Below the pieces are notes generated by a model. The model did no database searches. It saw nothing but the letters and a program-made list of their open reading frames with translations, and was not told the origin of the DNA. Positions 28,241 through 37,205 of a stretch of 64,000 nucleotides of DNA are shown here, piece by piece. The stretch's first letter is position 1. Each line of letters begins with the position of its first letter. A program made the position numbers and the translations under genes. Source of the stretch: Candidatus Omnitrophota bacterium (GTDB taxonomy: Bacteria > Omnitrophota > Gorgyraeia > Duberdicusellales > Duberdicusellaceae); assembly GCA_016932855.1 (NCBI GenBank), contig JAFGCB010000029.1, positions 2,547-66,546 of the forward strand. The letters run 5' to 3'.

Positions 28241-28864
28241 CTAGGTTTTCTTTTTATTGGTTTTTACGAATAAAAGGGGGAATACGATATCGCTTATACA
28301 GCAAGGAAGCCAAACCGCCAGAAACAGAAAGACAAATATTGCAACCGAAGTTATAAGAGACATTGCTTCGGCCTTGGCCATAAGAATGTGAAATAGTGAA
28401 GCCCAGGTGCTTATTAAGACGTGTCCTAAGTGGGGAAATTTTGTGGAAGGGTTAAAATAAGCAATGGTTATGCCCACTATAGCCACGCCGCTTATCAACC
28501 ACCATTTTTCAATAAAGCCTATATGGTGATGACGGTTGGGCATATTGAGCAAAGCTTCGCCTATGTAGGGCATTATTGAGTCGCTTAAGGTCGCTATACC
28601 TATTGAGCCTACGAATCCTATACTGAGTAATAAAGGTAAATTGCAGTTCTTTGAATGGTTTTTCGGACAGGTATGAAGCCTATACATTGTTGCCGTAGTA
28701 AGGGCGCTTAATAATACGTGAAGGGGGTGAAAGACATAGAAAAGCTCGTGGGATACTTCGCGGGGCATATGCCAGAAGACAAGCATGAGGATTATTCCGC
28801 TAAGTGCACCCAGGGCGGTAAAAGGAGCATGATTTTTAAGTTCTTTGATGATAAGGTTAAACAT
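28241..28864 (-). CDS. His/Cys-rich polytopic membrane protein, possible metal (Ni/Co) transporter HupE/UreJ-like.
   Basis: About 6 TM helices. Motifs FHPLHVL, HHHIGF, FPHLGHVL, WLPCC. Confidence 0.3.
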   Translation of the reverse strand: MFNLIIKELKNHAPFTALGALSGIILMLVFWHMPREVSHELFYVFHPLHVLLSALTTATMYRLHTCPKNHSKNCNLPLLLSIGFVGSIGIATLSDSIMPYIGEALLNMPNRHHHIGFIEKWWLISGVAIVGITIAYFNPSTKFPHLGHVLISTWASLFHILMAKAEAMSLITSVAIFVFLFLAVWLPCCISDIVFPLLFVKTNKKKT

Positions 28865-28891
28865 TTTCTTCTCCTTTTTATGGTTTAGTTC

Positions 28892-29509
28892 TTATAATAG
28901 CATGAGTCTGCGTATAGCGATACAGATAAACCAGATTCCGGTAATAATAGAGGTTATCCTGGCTGCTGATTTTACGTTTTCAAAGCGAGCAAGAAATCCC
29001 GAGAATAAAAAAGGCAGGATAAATACGCTGGTTGCGAAAAAGAAGAAAATAAAAAAGATTAGACTTTTTTCTATTTCACCGACACTTAGGACATAACTCG
29101 TTGCTAAAAGAAAAGGCGGACAGAGGTTAACTCCGGTTAAGAATCCTATTATCAGTAAATGTCGGGGTTTTTGAAGATAATCTTCTTTTATAGGGCATAA
29201 TTTTAAATTAGGTAAGTTTCGGGCCAGTCCGTATAAAATCATTATAACCCCCAGGGTAATGAAAAGAGCCGGCACAATCCTTGTTTGGAAAAAAAGGGCT
29301 TTTTTAGTATGATAGCCGATAAGACCTAGGCTTAGGCCAAAAAGACAATAGGCTAAAAATCTTCCTAAGGTAAAAAGTCCCACAGAGATTACCGAGGCTT
29401 TAAAGCCGGGGTCTTTGCGCGAAAGCATAAGAGTCCCCAGGATCGGCGCGCAATGCCCCAGGCAGAAAATTCCGCTCGAAAACCCAAGAGCCAGAGCTTT
29501 AAGAATCAT
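28892..29509 (-). CDS. Polytopic membrane protein with paired Cys motifs (DsbD_2/CcdA-like or metal permease).
   Basis: CLGHCAP and NLCPPF motifs within TM helices. 6-7 predicted TM segments. Confidence 0.35.
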   Translation of the reverse strand: MILKALALGFSSGIFCLGHCAPILGTLMLSRKDPGFKASVISVGLFTLGRFLAYCLFGLSLGLIGYHTKKALFFQTRIVPALFITLGVIMILYGLARNLPNLKLCPIKEDYLQKPRHLLIIGFLTGVNLCPPFLLATSYVLSVGEIEKSLIFFIFFFFATSVFILPFLFSGFLARFENVKSAARITSIITGIWFICIAIRRLMLL

Positions 29510-29990
29510 TGAACAATTTTTCTAGCTTCTTTCTGCCTTCTTGGCTTACCATACCTGGATGCCAGGGAGTTTTCCAGTCAATATTGATTTCTACCCTTTT
29601 GATATCCGAGGCTTTTTTAATATGTTCTTTAATCTCCAGGACTAAAATATCAAGAAAGGGGCAAAAAGGCGAAGTAGGAATTAGCGTAATGTAAGCTTCG
29701 CCGGATTTATTTAGATTCACCTTTCTTACCAGGCCCAAATCAACTATATTTAATCCTATTTCAGGATCTTTTATCTCTTTAAGAAGAGTAAGGATATCGC
29801 CGGCTTCAACAGCTTTAATTATTGTATTTTTTACGGGTTTAAAGTCTTTTATTTTCCGGGTGTTAGGAAGTTTATGTAAATAAAAACCGATAAGACAGAG
29901 CAGAATAATTAATCCTACCCGGATAAAAATCCGGGCCGGGGATAATTTCTTAAGAAATGTCGGGTTATTGCCATTCTTCGGTTGTTTCAT
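29499..29990 (-). CDS. DUF59/MIP18-family (FeS_assembly_P) domain protein with an N-terminal TM anchor.
   Basis: EIKDPEIGLNIVDLGLV...ITLIPTSPFCP matches the DUF59 consensus. N-terminal helix VGLIILLCLIGFYL. Confidence 0.6.
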   Translation of the reverse strand: MKQPKNGNNPTFLKKLSPARIFIRVGLIILLCLIGFYLHKLPNTRKIKDFKPVKNTIIKAVEAGDILTLLKEIKDPEIGLNIVDLGLVRKVNLNKSGEAYITLIPTSPFCPFLDILVLEIKEHIKKASDIKRVEINIDWKTPWHPGMVSQEGRKKLEKLFNDS

Positions 29991-30441
29991 CCTGGGAAAG
30001 TTCTTCTTCCAGATTTTTGAAAATTAGCTTGGCAGCAAACTCGGCTAAATTGATATTCCCGCAGGCAATATCAACCTGCGTTTTTCCAGGCCCCGTTTCT
30101 TTAAAGAATATCCCTACTTCGGTAGTATCAATGCAGTTTTTAAAAATACCGTTGAAATTTTTAGCTGAGATTATTCCTTCTGGGAGGCTTTCATAGTAGA
30201 CAGAGACTCCCGTTTCGCATAAAACCTTTTTAGTCCGGGTAAAACAGTCGGAATAGGAATAATTGAAGTTTTGGCTGTAACGGCCTTTTTGGCCTTTTTC
30301 AGGCTGGGTCACTTCAGTGCCGATTATATAGCGATAACAGCCGCAGAGTAAAAAGATAACTATAAAAGAAAGGCAGCTATTCTTAAAAAGTTTGCCCTTA
30401 TTCATTTTGCAGGTTGATTTAAGGCTAATAGGCATAAGCAT
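29965..30441 (-). CDS. Lipoprotein of unknown function (likely starts at internal MNKGKLF...).
   Basis: Lipobox IFLLCGC. Overlaps neighbouring genes at both ends if the longest ORF is taken. Confidence 0.4.
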   Translation of the reverse strand: MLMPISLKSTCKMNKGKLFKNSCLSFIVIFLLCGCYRYIIGTEVTQPEKGQKGRYSQNFNYSYSDCFTRTKKVLCETGVSVYYESLPEGIISAKNFNGIFKNCIDTTEVGIFFKETGPGKTQVDIACGNINLAEFAAKLIFKNLEEELSQDETTEEWQ

Positions 30442-32134
30442 TCAGGACGTACTGTTGTACCATTCGGTGGGTGTTAAAGAAAGAAGCGTTGATAGCTATA
30501 GCGTGGCGCATTATTTCAATCCATCTGTCACGGTTTTGATAAAAAGTAGGGATGATTATTTTTTCCAGTTTATCATAGAGTGAATGAGCGTTGTCGTGGT
30601 CAATGCTTTCGGTTTCCGTCGCTGTTCCTATCGACCACCCGGTAAGTCCTTCTATACAGCCCTCTATCCACCAGCCGTCAAGGACGCTAAGGCTGGGAAT
30701 CCCGTTAAGAGCGGCTTTCATGCCTGAGGTTCCTGAGGCTTCCTGGGGCTTGCGCGGCGTATTAAGCCATAAATCAGCGCCCGAGATAAGGATTTTAGCC
30801 AGGTCAATGTCGTAATTATCAAGATAGACTATTTTGATTTGGTCTTTTAGGTGCTGGGCGACGTTAAATATTCTTTTTACCATTTCTTTGCCCGGCCAGT
30901 CTTTGGGATGAGATTTTCCGGCGAAAATAAACTGCAGCTTGCCTATATTCTGGGTGATATGAACGAGTCGGCCTGTATCATAAAAGACCAAGTCCGCCCG
31001 CTTGTAAGCCGTGGCTCTTCGGGCAAAGCAAATAGTAAGGCAGTCACAGTCCATGCCGGAGTTTGTTTTGGCGTTTACGTATTCGATTAAGAGCTTTTTT
31101 GACTCTTGGTGCGCGCTCCAAAGTTCTTCTTTAGGGATATTAAGAGCGTAGCGCAGGCTGAAGGGGTCGTTTATCCAACCCCAGATGTATTGGTCATAGA
31201 GCTTCTTAAAGCTCTCGGAGGTCCAGGTGTATGAATGTACCCCGTTAGTAATCGAATCGATGTGATAGCCGGGAAACATTTCACGGGAAACCTTTCCGTG
31301 AGCTTTAGCAACCCCGTTTACATAATGGCTCAGGTTAAGGGCTAGAAGAGTCATGTTAAGCTTTTCTTCTCCGCCGACGCTCTTTAAAAAATTAACGGGA
31401 ATGAAGTCGCCGAGAAGCTGGCAGACTAAATCATAAGAAAATTGGTCGTGTCCCGTGGGAACCGGCGTATGGGTGGTAAATACGCACATTCTTCTTATGC
31501 CGTCTATGTCCCATATTGGTTCGTGTTCTCTTTTGCGTTGATTTAAGAGTTCAAGAGTAAGAAGGCTGGAGTGTCCTTCGTTCATATGATAGCGGCTGAG
31601 ACGATGATAGCCCAGCTCTTTGAGCATTCTTACCCCGCCTATTCCTAAGACTACTTCTTGGGCAAGCCGGTATTTTTCGTCTCCCCCATAAAGATAATGA
31701 GTTAAGCGCCGGTCATATTCGCTGTTTTGGGCAATATCCGTATCTAAGAATATAACCGGAGCATGATGACCGCTTATCCCCTTTATTCTATATTGCCAGG
31801 CTTGTATCCAGACGGTTCTTGACTCGATGGTTACGCTTACTTTCTTCGGCAGGAGTCTTAAGAATTTCTTGGGCGTCCAGTCGTAGGGATGTTCTTCTTG
31901 ATCGCCGTATTCATTTAATTTTTGATAAAAATATCCTTTTCTATAGAGCAGGCTTACCCCGATTACCGGAACGCTTAAATCAGCGCAGGATTTCAGTGTA
32001 TCAGCCGCAAGTATGCCTAATCCTCCGCTGTAGGTGCGGATTCTGGAATCTATGCCTATTTCCATAGAGAAGTAAGCAATCTGCACTTCTGTTTTACGGA
32101 CTTTTCTGAATTTAATCCTTTTTTGGTTATCCAT
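30425..32134 (-). CDS. glgP: Alpha-glucan (glycogen/maltodextrin) phosphorylase, short GT35 form.
   Basis: PLP-lysine signature EASGTSGMKAALNG and overall GT35-like sequence. Confidence 0.8.
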   Translation of the reverse strand: MDNQKRIKFRKVRKTEVQIAYFSMEIGIDSRIRTYSGGLGILAADTLKSCADLSVPVIGVSLLYRKGYFYQKLNEYGDQEEHPYDWTPKKFLRLLPKKVSVTIESRTVWIQAWQYRIKGISGHHAPVIFLDTDIAQNSEYDRRLTHYLYGGDEKYRLAQEVVLGIGGVRMLKELGYHRLSRYHMNEGHSSLLTLELLNQRKREHEPIWDIDGIRRMCVFTTHTPVPTGHDQFSYDLVCQLLGDFIPVNFLKSVGGEEKLNMTLLALNLSHYVNGVAKAHGKVSREMFPGYHIDSITNGVHSYTWTSESFKKLYDQYIWGWINDPFSLRYALNIPKEELWSAHQESKKLLIEYVNAKTNSGMDCDCLTICFARRATAYKRADLVFYDTGRLVHITQNIGKLQFIFAGKSHPKDWPGKEMVKRIFNVAQHLKDQIKIVYLDNYDIDLAKILISGADLWLNTPRKPQEASGTSGMKAALNGIPSLSVLDGWWIEGCIEGLTGWSIGTATETESIDHDNAHSLYDKLEKIIIPTFYQNRDRWIEIMRHAIAINASFFNTHRMVQQYVLNAYAY

Positions 32135-32231
32135 GCTTGGAAAGCTTAATTACCAGCTTATTTGCATTATTTAAAGTATGTGTCTATACTTTAATGTTCA
32201 ATGATCAATCCCGAATGACGAATACAATATT

Positions 32232-32340
32232 TAAATCCCAATGTCAAGTACTACCAATACTACCAAACAAATCCCAAACCCCAAATTCAAAAAAGTTTTT
32301 TGGTTTCTTTGGGATTTGGTAGTATTGGGATTTTGGATTT
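32232..32340. repeat. ~110-bp imperfect palindrome (REP/MITE-like) with internal short direct repeats.
   Basis: aaatcccaatgtcaagtactaccaatactaccaaacaaatcccaaacc...caaaaaagttttttg...ctttgggatttggtagtattgggattttggattt. Arms are near-reverse-complements. Central perfect palindrome caaaaaagttttttg at 32288-32302. Confidence 0.55.
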
Positions 32341-32430
32341 TATTAGTCATTAGTTATTTAAACATTAGTCATTAACGAGGCGAAGCGCAAAAGATTGTTT
32401 ACATATTACACTTGTTTTATACAAGATAGG

Positions 32431-32955
32431 CTATTTCTTCCCGGTTGTAAGCTGTATAAAATTAACTATGCTTAAGATTCCTATACCCAGATAGGACCAT
32501 AAGGTAAGCCAGAGTCCTGTTCCTATTGTTATCTGGAGAACAAGTTTATCAAGGTCGGTTGTCTTTATTTTGTAAACCGCAACGGCGAATATAGCTATGC
32601 CTAGAATACCCACGATTAAATTAAGCCAGCGATTTTTACCGAGAACTAAGTTTAATATAAGTATGACCACTGCCAGAAGGGGTATAGACCATATTAAGTA
32701 GCTTTTCTTGTCGGCATTCTCTATTTTGGGGTTAAATATTTTTATTATGCTTATCATCAGGCGTGATTCATTACTGTTAGCCATTACCGGAACGCTATAA
32801 GCGCTTATAGCGTCGATTTTTTCCTGGCGTTTTCCGGTAAGTATTTCCGTGACTGCTCCCGCAGCCTTTGATTGGACGCTTACCCAGGGAAGAAAGAACG
32901 CTACAGCTATAATTGCCACTAGCACGATTAATGCAGCTTTCGATATATTCTCCAT
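32431..32955 (-). CDS. Hypothetical polytopic membrane protein.
   Basis: Several hydrophobic helices. No recognised motif. Confidence 0.4.
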   Translation of the reverse strand: MENISKAALIVLVAIIAVAFFLPWVSVQSKAAGAVTEILTGKRQEKIDAISAYSVPVMANSNESRLMISIIKIFNPKIENADKKSYLIWSIPLLAVVILILNLVLGKNRWLNLIVGILGIAIFAVAVYKIKTTDLDKLVLQITIGTGLWLTLWSYLGIGILSIVNFIQLTTGKK

Positions 32956-32976
32956 TTCTAACCTCCTTTTTTCGGC

Positions 32977-33321
32977 TTATTTACCTAAGCCCTCCAGTTT
33001 TTTGGTTACTTCGTCCATTGCGCCTTTGGCTTGCTGGGCTAAGGCTTCTTTTGCCTTTTCCAGCAGATTTTTAGCCGCAGTTGAATCCTTATCAAGATAG
33101 CCTAGAATATATTGAGCTACGTCAATAGCGCTCTGGAATTCTTTTGAAGCCTGAAAGGTTTTTGCTTGTCCTATCAAATAATCTACTTTTTCTTTTACAG
33201 TTCCCATTGATTTTGCGATTTCAATAGCCTGGCTGCTTGATTCTGCTTTGTTCTGTGAGCACCCCGTACTTAGGCTTAAGACTAGACCAGCGATCGCTAG
33301 AATAACCCAGAAATTTCTCAT
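32977..33321 (-). CDS. Helical lipoprotein of unknown function.
   Basis: Lipobox LSLSTGC. Ala/Lys/Glu-rich helical sequence. Confidence 0.45.
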   Translation of the reverse strand: MRNFWVILAIAGLVLSLSTGCSQNKAESSSQAIEIAKSMGTVKEKVDYLIGQAKTFQASKEFQSAIDVAQYILGYLDKDSTAAKNLLEKAKEALAQQAKGAMDEVTKKLEGLGK

Positions 33322-33339
33322 AGGTCAACCTCCTTGTTT

Positions 33340-34146
33340 CTATTCGTTATAAATATGGATATCGTTTTGGGGGAAAGGAATGGTAATTCCGTTCTTTTCC
33401 AGCTCTAGCTTACCCTTTTCCAAGGTGTCAAAGTAGACATTCCAGTAGTCGCCGGGCTTTACCCAAGGCCGGCAGACAAGATTAACGCTACTGTCGCCTA
33501 ATTCGGATACAGCAACAACCGGCTTAGGTTCTTTAAGTACGCGGGGGTCGGCTGATACCACCTTTTCCAGGGTTTCTTTGGCGGCTTTTATATTATCGCT
33601 ATACGAGATTCCAAAGGTCAAATCGATTCTTCGTTTTTCTATAGCCGAGAAATTGGAAATAATTCCGCCGGTAATTTGAGCATTAGGAACCACAATGCGT
33701 CTATTGTCGGGGTGATTCAGTATGGTATTAAAAATCTGGATTTCTACTACAGTGCCCATGGTGCCGGCCGCATCGATGAAATCACCGACTTTAAAGGGTT
33801 TAAAAATGATAAGCATAACACCGGCAGCAAAGTTAGCAAGGGAGCCTTGCAGGGCAAGTCCGACAGCTAAACCCGCAGCGCCGATTACCGCGATAAAAGA
33901 AGTGGTTTGTATTCCTAATTTCCCCAAGGCCGCGATGACTACAAAGAGTAAAAGGGCTACATAGCACATATGTTTGCTAAAGGCGGCTAGTGTTTTATCA
34001 GTGTTTGCCTTAATCATAATTCTTTCAATAGTCCGTGAGATTATCCCGGCTAGCCATTTACCGATTATAAAGATAACAACAGCGGCAAGCAGATTTATTC
34101 CGTAGGCCATAAGGTAGGTGTAGAATTTAGACAGTAAATCTTCCAT
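33340..34146 (-). CDS. mscS: Small-conductance mechanosensitive channel (MscS family).
   Basis: GAAGLAVGLALQGSLANFAAGVMLIIFKPFKVGDFI...TVVEIQIFNTIL matches the MscS pore-lining TM3 and beta domain. Confidence 0.75.
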   Translation of the reverse strand: MEDLLSKFYTYLMAYGINLLAAVVIFIIGKWLAGIISRTIERIMIKANTDKTLAAFSKHMCYVALLLFVVIAALGKLGIQTTSFIAVIGAAGLAVGLALQGSLANFAAGVMLIIFKPFKVGDFIDAAGTMGTVVEIQIFNTILNHPDNRRIVVPNAQITGGIISNFSAIEKRRIDLTFGISYSDNIKAAKETLEKVVSADPRVLKEPKPVVAVSELGDSSVNLVCRPWVKPGDYWNVYFDTLEKGKLELEKNGITIPFPQNDIHIYNE

Positions 34147-34448
34147 AAAAACCTCCTTTTTTCATATAGATAGCTTGTATAGGCTCCCGAAGCACTCTTT
34201 TAAGACAATATTTATCTACTCAAATCGCGATGTTGTTATTTAAAGTGTATATGATACCTTGAAAAGGGCTCTAGGTCAATTTTAAAATTTAGGCCTTTTA
34301 AGGGGAGATTTCTCGGCAAATTTTTTACGAAAAACAGGCGAAAAATAGCTATTTTTTCCTAATAAAAGCCCAAAGAAAACATTTTCAAAAAAAAATCGGC
34401 CTACCCCTTGAAAAAACGGGGAAAATATGTTATCCTTTCATTCTAAAA

Positions 34449-34493
34449 ACCGGATTTACCACAGGAAAAAAGGTAGATCCGGTCTTTTTTTTT
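34449..34493 (+). terminator. Strong stem-loop (12-bp stem with one G.U wobble, loop ACAGGAAAAAA) followed by T9, in a divergent intergenic region.
   Basis: accggatttacc-acaggaaaaaa-ggtagatccggt-cttttttttt. A near-identical hairpin with the same loop recurs at 35839-35874. Confidence 0.55.
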
Positions 34494-34571
34494 ACAGGAA
34501 AATTTCAAATTAATTATGCAAGATTATCAAGTGAAGAACCGAGTTTATAGCCAATAACTGATGGTTGATGA

Positions 34572-34615
34572 TTTTGCATTTTCAAACCAGCCGCAAAGCG
34601 GCTTAAGGGAAGATA
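34572..34615 (+). promoter_or_regulatory. Conserved 5' leader module (copy 1): ttttgcattttcaaacc + small hairpin gccgcAAAgcggc + RBS.
   Basis: Near-identical to 35956-35997 and related to 36895-36931. Precedes the ATG of a secreted-protein gene. Confidence 0.5.
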
Positions 34616-34658
34616 GATGGGTAGTTTTAATTACAGGGAGAATGAAAGGAGGTTCGGT

Positions 34659-35624
34659 ATGAGAAAGGCTATTTACTTAAGCTTAGGAGTAATGCTCCTT
34701 CTTCAGGTGCCGGGTTTTGCGCAGGTGGGAGTAAAAAGCGATCAACCTAATGTAATCGGCGCGGCCGGTAATCAGACCATGAATGCAATGTCGCTAGAGA
34801 GTCTTAGCAATGACCAGCTTTATGCGCTGGCGAAACTTTTCTTAGTAAGTTCCAATGGGATGCAGCAAGATGGTCAATTTGGGAAGGCAATTGGGCAAAT
34901 TGACGCAGCTTTGCTTGCACTCGGTAAGATTGACGAAGCATCTTTAGATAAAGACCAGAAGTTAGAGATTGCTACTTTCAGGAAAGGCGCCGAGATTCAA
35001 AAGCTGGAAATACTCTCGGCCCAAGCAGCCGAAGCCGATGATTACGATACCGCTATTGCCTATCAAAATCAGATAGTTTCTTTAGCCAACGCGTTTATTG
35101 GCGAAGTCAGTGACAAGAGGGTTAAGGCAGAATTTACCTATACCAGAAACATGGCAGAGATTTACAAATTGACTTTAGCGGCAGGCAAGGCAGCGAAAGC
35201 TGAGGATTATGCAGGCGCCGCGGCTTTGCAAGCTCAGATAGCAGTACTTGCTGGTAAGTTTGCTGGCGAGGCGGACAGCAAGGCTCAAAAGGCCAATTAT
35301 AATTTGCAGAAACACAACGCCGAGATCACGCAAATGAATTTAACAGCTGTCCAGTTAGGTAAGGACAATAAGGTAAACGCATTGATAGACGTTTACTTGG
35401 GAGAAATTGCTAAGATTCAGCAGTTCATGGTTACTAATCCTGATGGGAAAAAGAACTATGAAATAATGCTGGATAATGCTAAATCAGGCCTTCAGGATGT
35501 TACTTTTAGCGCTCTTAACGTTGAATCTGCGGTAGACACTTTGAATTTGATTCTTCCCAAGGTAGCACCGCATATTGACCCGGTTATTTTGCAGGCAATA
35601 AAACTTCAAGCAGGAATCGAATAG
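34659..35624 (+). CDS. Secreted protein with two UVR-like motifs (unknown function).
   Basis: Start revised to ATG 34659 (AGGAGG at -9). Signal peptide MRKAIYLSLGVMLLLQVPGFAQ. DYDTAIAYQNQIVSL and DYAGAAALQAQIAVL resemble the UvrB/UvrC UVR motif. Confidence 0.55.
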   Translation: MRKAIYLSLGVMLLLQVPGFAQVGVKSDQPNVIGAAGNQTMNAMSLESLSNDQLYALAKLFLVSSNGMQQDGQFGKAIGQIDAALLALGKIDEASLDKDQKLEIATFRKGAEIQKLEILSAQAAEADDYDTAIAYQNQIVSLANAFIGEVSDKRVKAEFTYTRNMAEIYKLTLAAGKAAKAEDYAGAAALQAQIAVLAGKFAGEADSKAQKANYNLQKHNAEITQMNLTAVQLGKDNKVNALIDVYLGEIAKIQQFMVTNPDGKKNYEIMLDNAKSGLQDVTFSALNVESAVDTLNLILPKVAPHIDPVILQAIKLQAGIE

Positions 35625-35666
35625 TAATTCTTCCATGATCTTTGCAGATTAACGATTAAAATAAAA

Positions 35667-35700
35667 AACCGCCCTTTGTTAAGGGAGGGGCGGTTTTTTA
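35667..35700 (+). terminator. Intrinsic terminator after the 34659..35624 gene.
   Basis: aaccgccctttgttaagggaggggcggtttttt. Confidence 0.6.
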
Positions 35701-35838
35701 TTTTAAGTCTAGTAAAAGTTAAAATTAACAATTAACAATGCAAAATTAGCAATTCCAGTAATTAATAGTTGTTAATCGTTGTCTTTGTAGAAATGCTTTC
35801 TCCCCTTTTAAAATCAGGAAATAGTTCTTTAAATATAA

Positions 35839-35874
35839 GCCGGATTTAACACAGGAAAAAAGGTAAATCCGGTC
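35839..35874 (+). promoter_or_regulatory. Second copy of the conserved hairpin (loop ACAGGAAAAAA identical to copy at 34449).
   Basis: gccggatttaac-acaggaaaaaa-ggtaaatccggtc, followed by a T-rich tract that is interrupted. Confidence 0.5.
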
Positions 35875-35955
35875 TCTTTATTTATAGGGAAAAGTTAAAT
35901 TTAGCAATGAGTAATTAACAATTCAAAATGCTAATTGATAACTGATAATTGATAG

Positions 35956-35997
35956 TTTTGCATTTTCAAACCAGCCGCAAAGCGGCGTAATGGGAGG
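35956..35997 (+). promoter_or_regulatory. Conserved 5' leader module (copy 2).
   Basis: ttttgcattttcaaaccagccgcaaagcggcgtaatgggagg immediately 5' of the ATG at 36003. Upstream AATTGATAA-type AT-rich repeats. Confidence 0.5.
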
Positions 35998-36002
35998 TTT
36001 TT

Positions 36003-36845
36003 ATGAGAAAGGCGTTGATTCTGGCAATAGGGTTAGGGTTCATTATGCAAGGCGTAAGTTTCGCGCAGACGCCCCTTGGTAAGCCTTTGCCTGAAATATC
36101 CCAAGCAGGTTCTTCATTTAATTCCGGTCCGGAAATGCTTCAGGAGGTGCTTACTCCGGATAGCTTGTATTTAGTCCAGTTAGGTGTGGGTTCTCATAGC
36201 GTTGATCATCTAGAGTGCGTTTGGCCTATGGGCACACAAGTAAGTACCGGAAAAGGCGGGGTAGCAGTCAGCTTATTTTACGATGAGGTTCCACATCCTA
36301 TTACTGGCGCGGTAACTACCCAGGAGCGTTTGCAGGTCGATGCAGTAATTTTTGATGGTAAGGGTAAGCCCAGAGTCAGCTTTAATGAATGGGTAAGAAT
36401 CGAGTCTAAGGAAGGAAAGACTCAGGTGATAAGTGTATATACCGCGGCCCAGTATTTACAGAAAAAAGGTAAAGAAGCAGAGCCAGTGGCCCAGATTTTT
36501 ATAATGAGTAAAAAAGGGCAAGATATCGTAGAATTTGTCGTAACCGGTTTGACTTCAGGCCCTAATCCCGAAGCCTTAGTCGTACAGGCGAAACTAAACA
36601 GAGAAGTTGGAAAGATGGGAGTTTCGGAATTTTATGATATCGTAAGCGTAGAGCCAGGGTCGCATAATGTAATAGAAGGAGATGCTATTCAGGTTATGTA
36701 TCAAGAGAATGGTTTGCCGATGGACGCAAGGCTTCATCGCACCGGCGAGGATCATTATGTTCCCCTTCTTTATGCGCCTGGCATAACATTCGACGGAACA
36801 ACTCCTTACGAGAATTTTAAGTTACCTAGCAAGATAATGGAATAG
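36003..36845 (+). CDS. Secreted hypothetical protein (280 aa).
   Basis: Signal peptide MRKALILAIGLGFIMQGVSFAQ, similar to the signal peptide of the upstream gene. Mature part unrelated. Confidence 0.55.
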   Translation: MRKALILAIGLGFIMQGVSFAQTPLGKPLPEISQAGSSFNSGPEMLQEVLTPDSLYLVQLGVGSHSVDHLECVWPMGTQVSTGKGGVAVSLFYDEVPHPITGAVTTQERLQVDAVIFDGKGKPRVSFNEWVRIESKEGKTQVISVYTAAQYLQKKGKEAEPVAQIFIMSKKGQDIVEFVVTGLTSGPNPEALVVQAKLNREVGKMGVSEFYDIVSVEPGSHNVIEGDAIQVMYQENGLPMDARLHRTGEDHYVPLLYAPGITFDGTTPYENFKLPSKIME

Positions 36846-36934
36846 TCTTTGACGCAGATGGCCGCAGATTGATTACTTAATTTTGAATTGATAATTTGAT
36901 ATTTTCAAATACGCTGCGTAGTGGGAGGCATTTT

Positions 36935-37150
36935 GTGAAAGAGAAAAAATATGTAGTTGAGCAAGCTGTATATGGAGAGTTGTTTCAGCTTATGCTTTTT
37001 AAATTTCCTGTCTTGATGAAAGCAGTTATGGATAGAGGTAACTCTGCTTTTGAGCAAAGTACATATGGTTGGGTAAAAGATTACCTTCCTCCGCTCTACC
37101 GTAAGGCATTGGAATCGCAAACACCGGGATTAAACGAAACAAAGTATTGA
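36935..37150 (+). CDS. Small hypothetical protein (~71 aa) with a diverged copy of the same leader.
   Basis: GTG start at 36935 after GGGAGG. Leader ttgatattttcaaatacgctgcgtagtgggaggc parallels copies 1 and 2. Confidence 0.4.
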   Translation: MKEKKYVVEQAVYGELFQLMLFKFPVLMKAVMDRGNSAFEQSTYGWVKDYLPPLYRKALESQTPGLNETKY

Positions 37151-37205
37151 TTTTTAATTGATAATTGTTAATTGATAATTTTGTATTTTCCAAGTCTACT
37201 GATTT

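Noticed and set aside
34560-34600. Sigma-54 promoter (TGG-N-TTGCA) in the conserved leader
   Set aside because: The GG-to-GC spacing is off by one in copy 1, and TGG is absent at the right position in copy 2.
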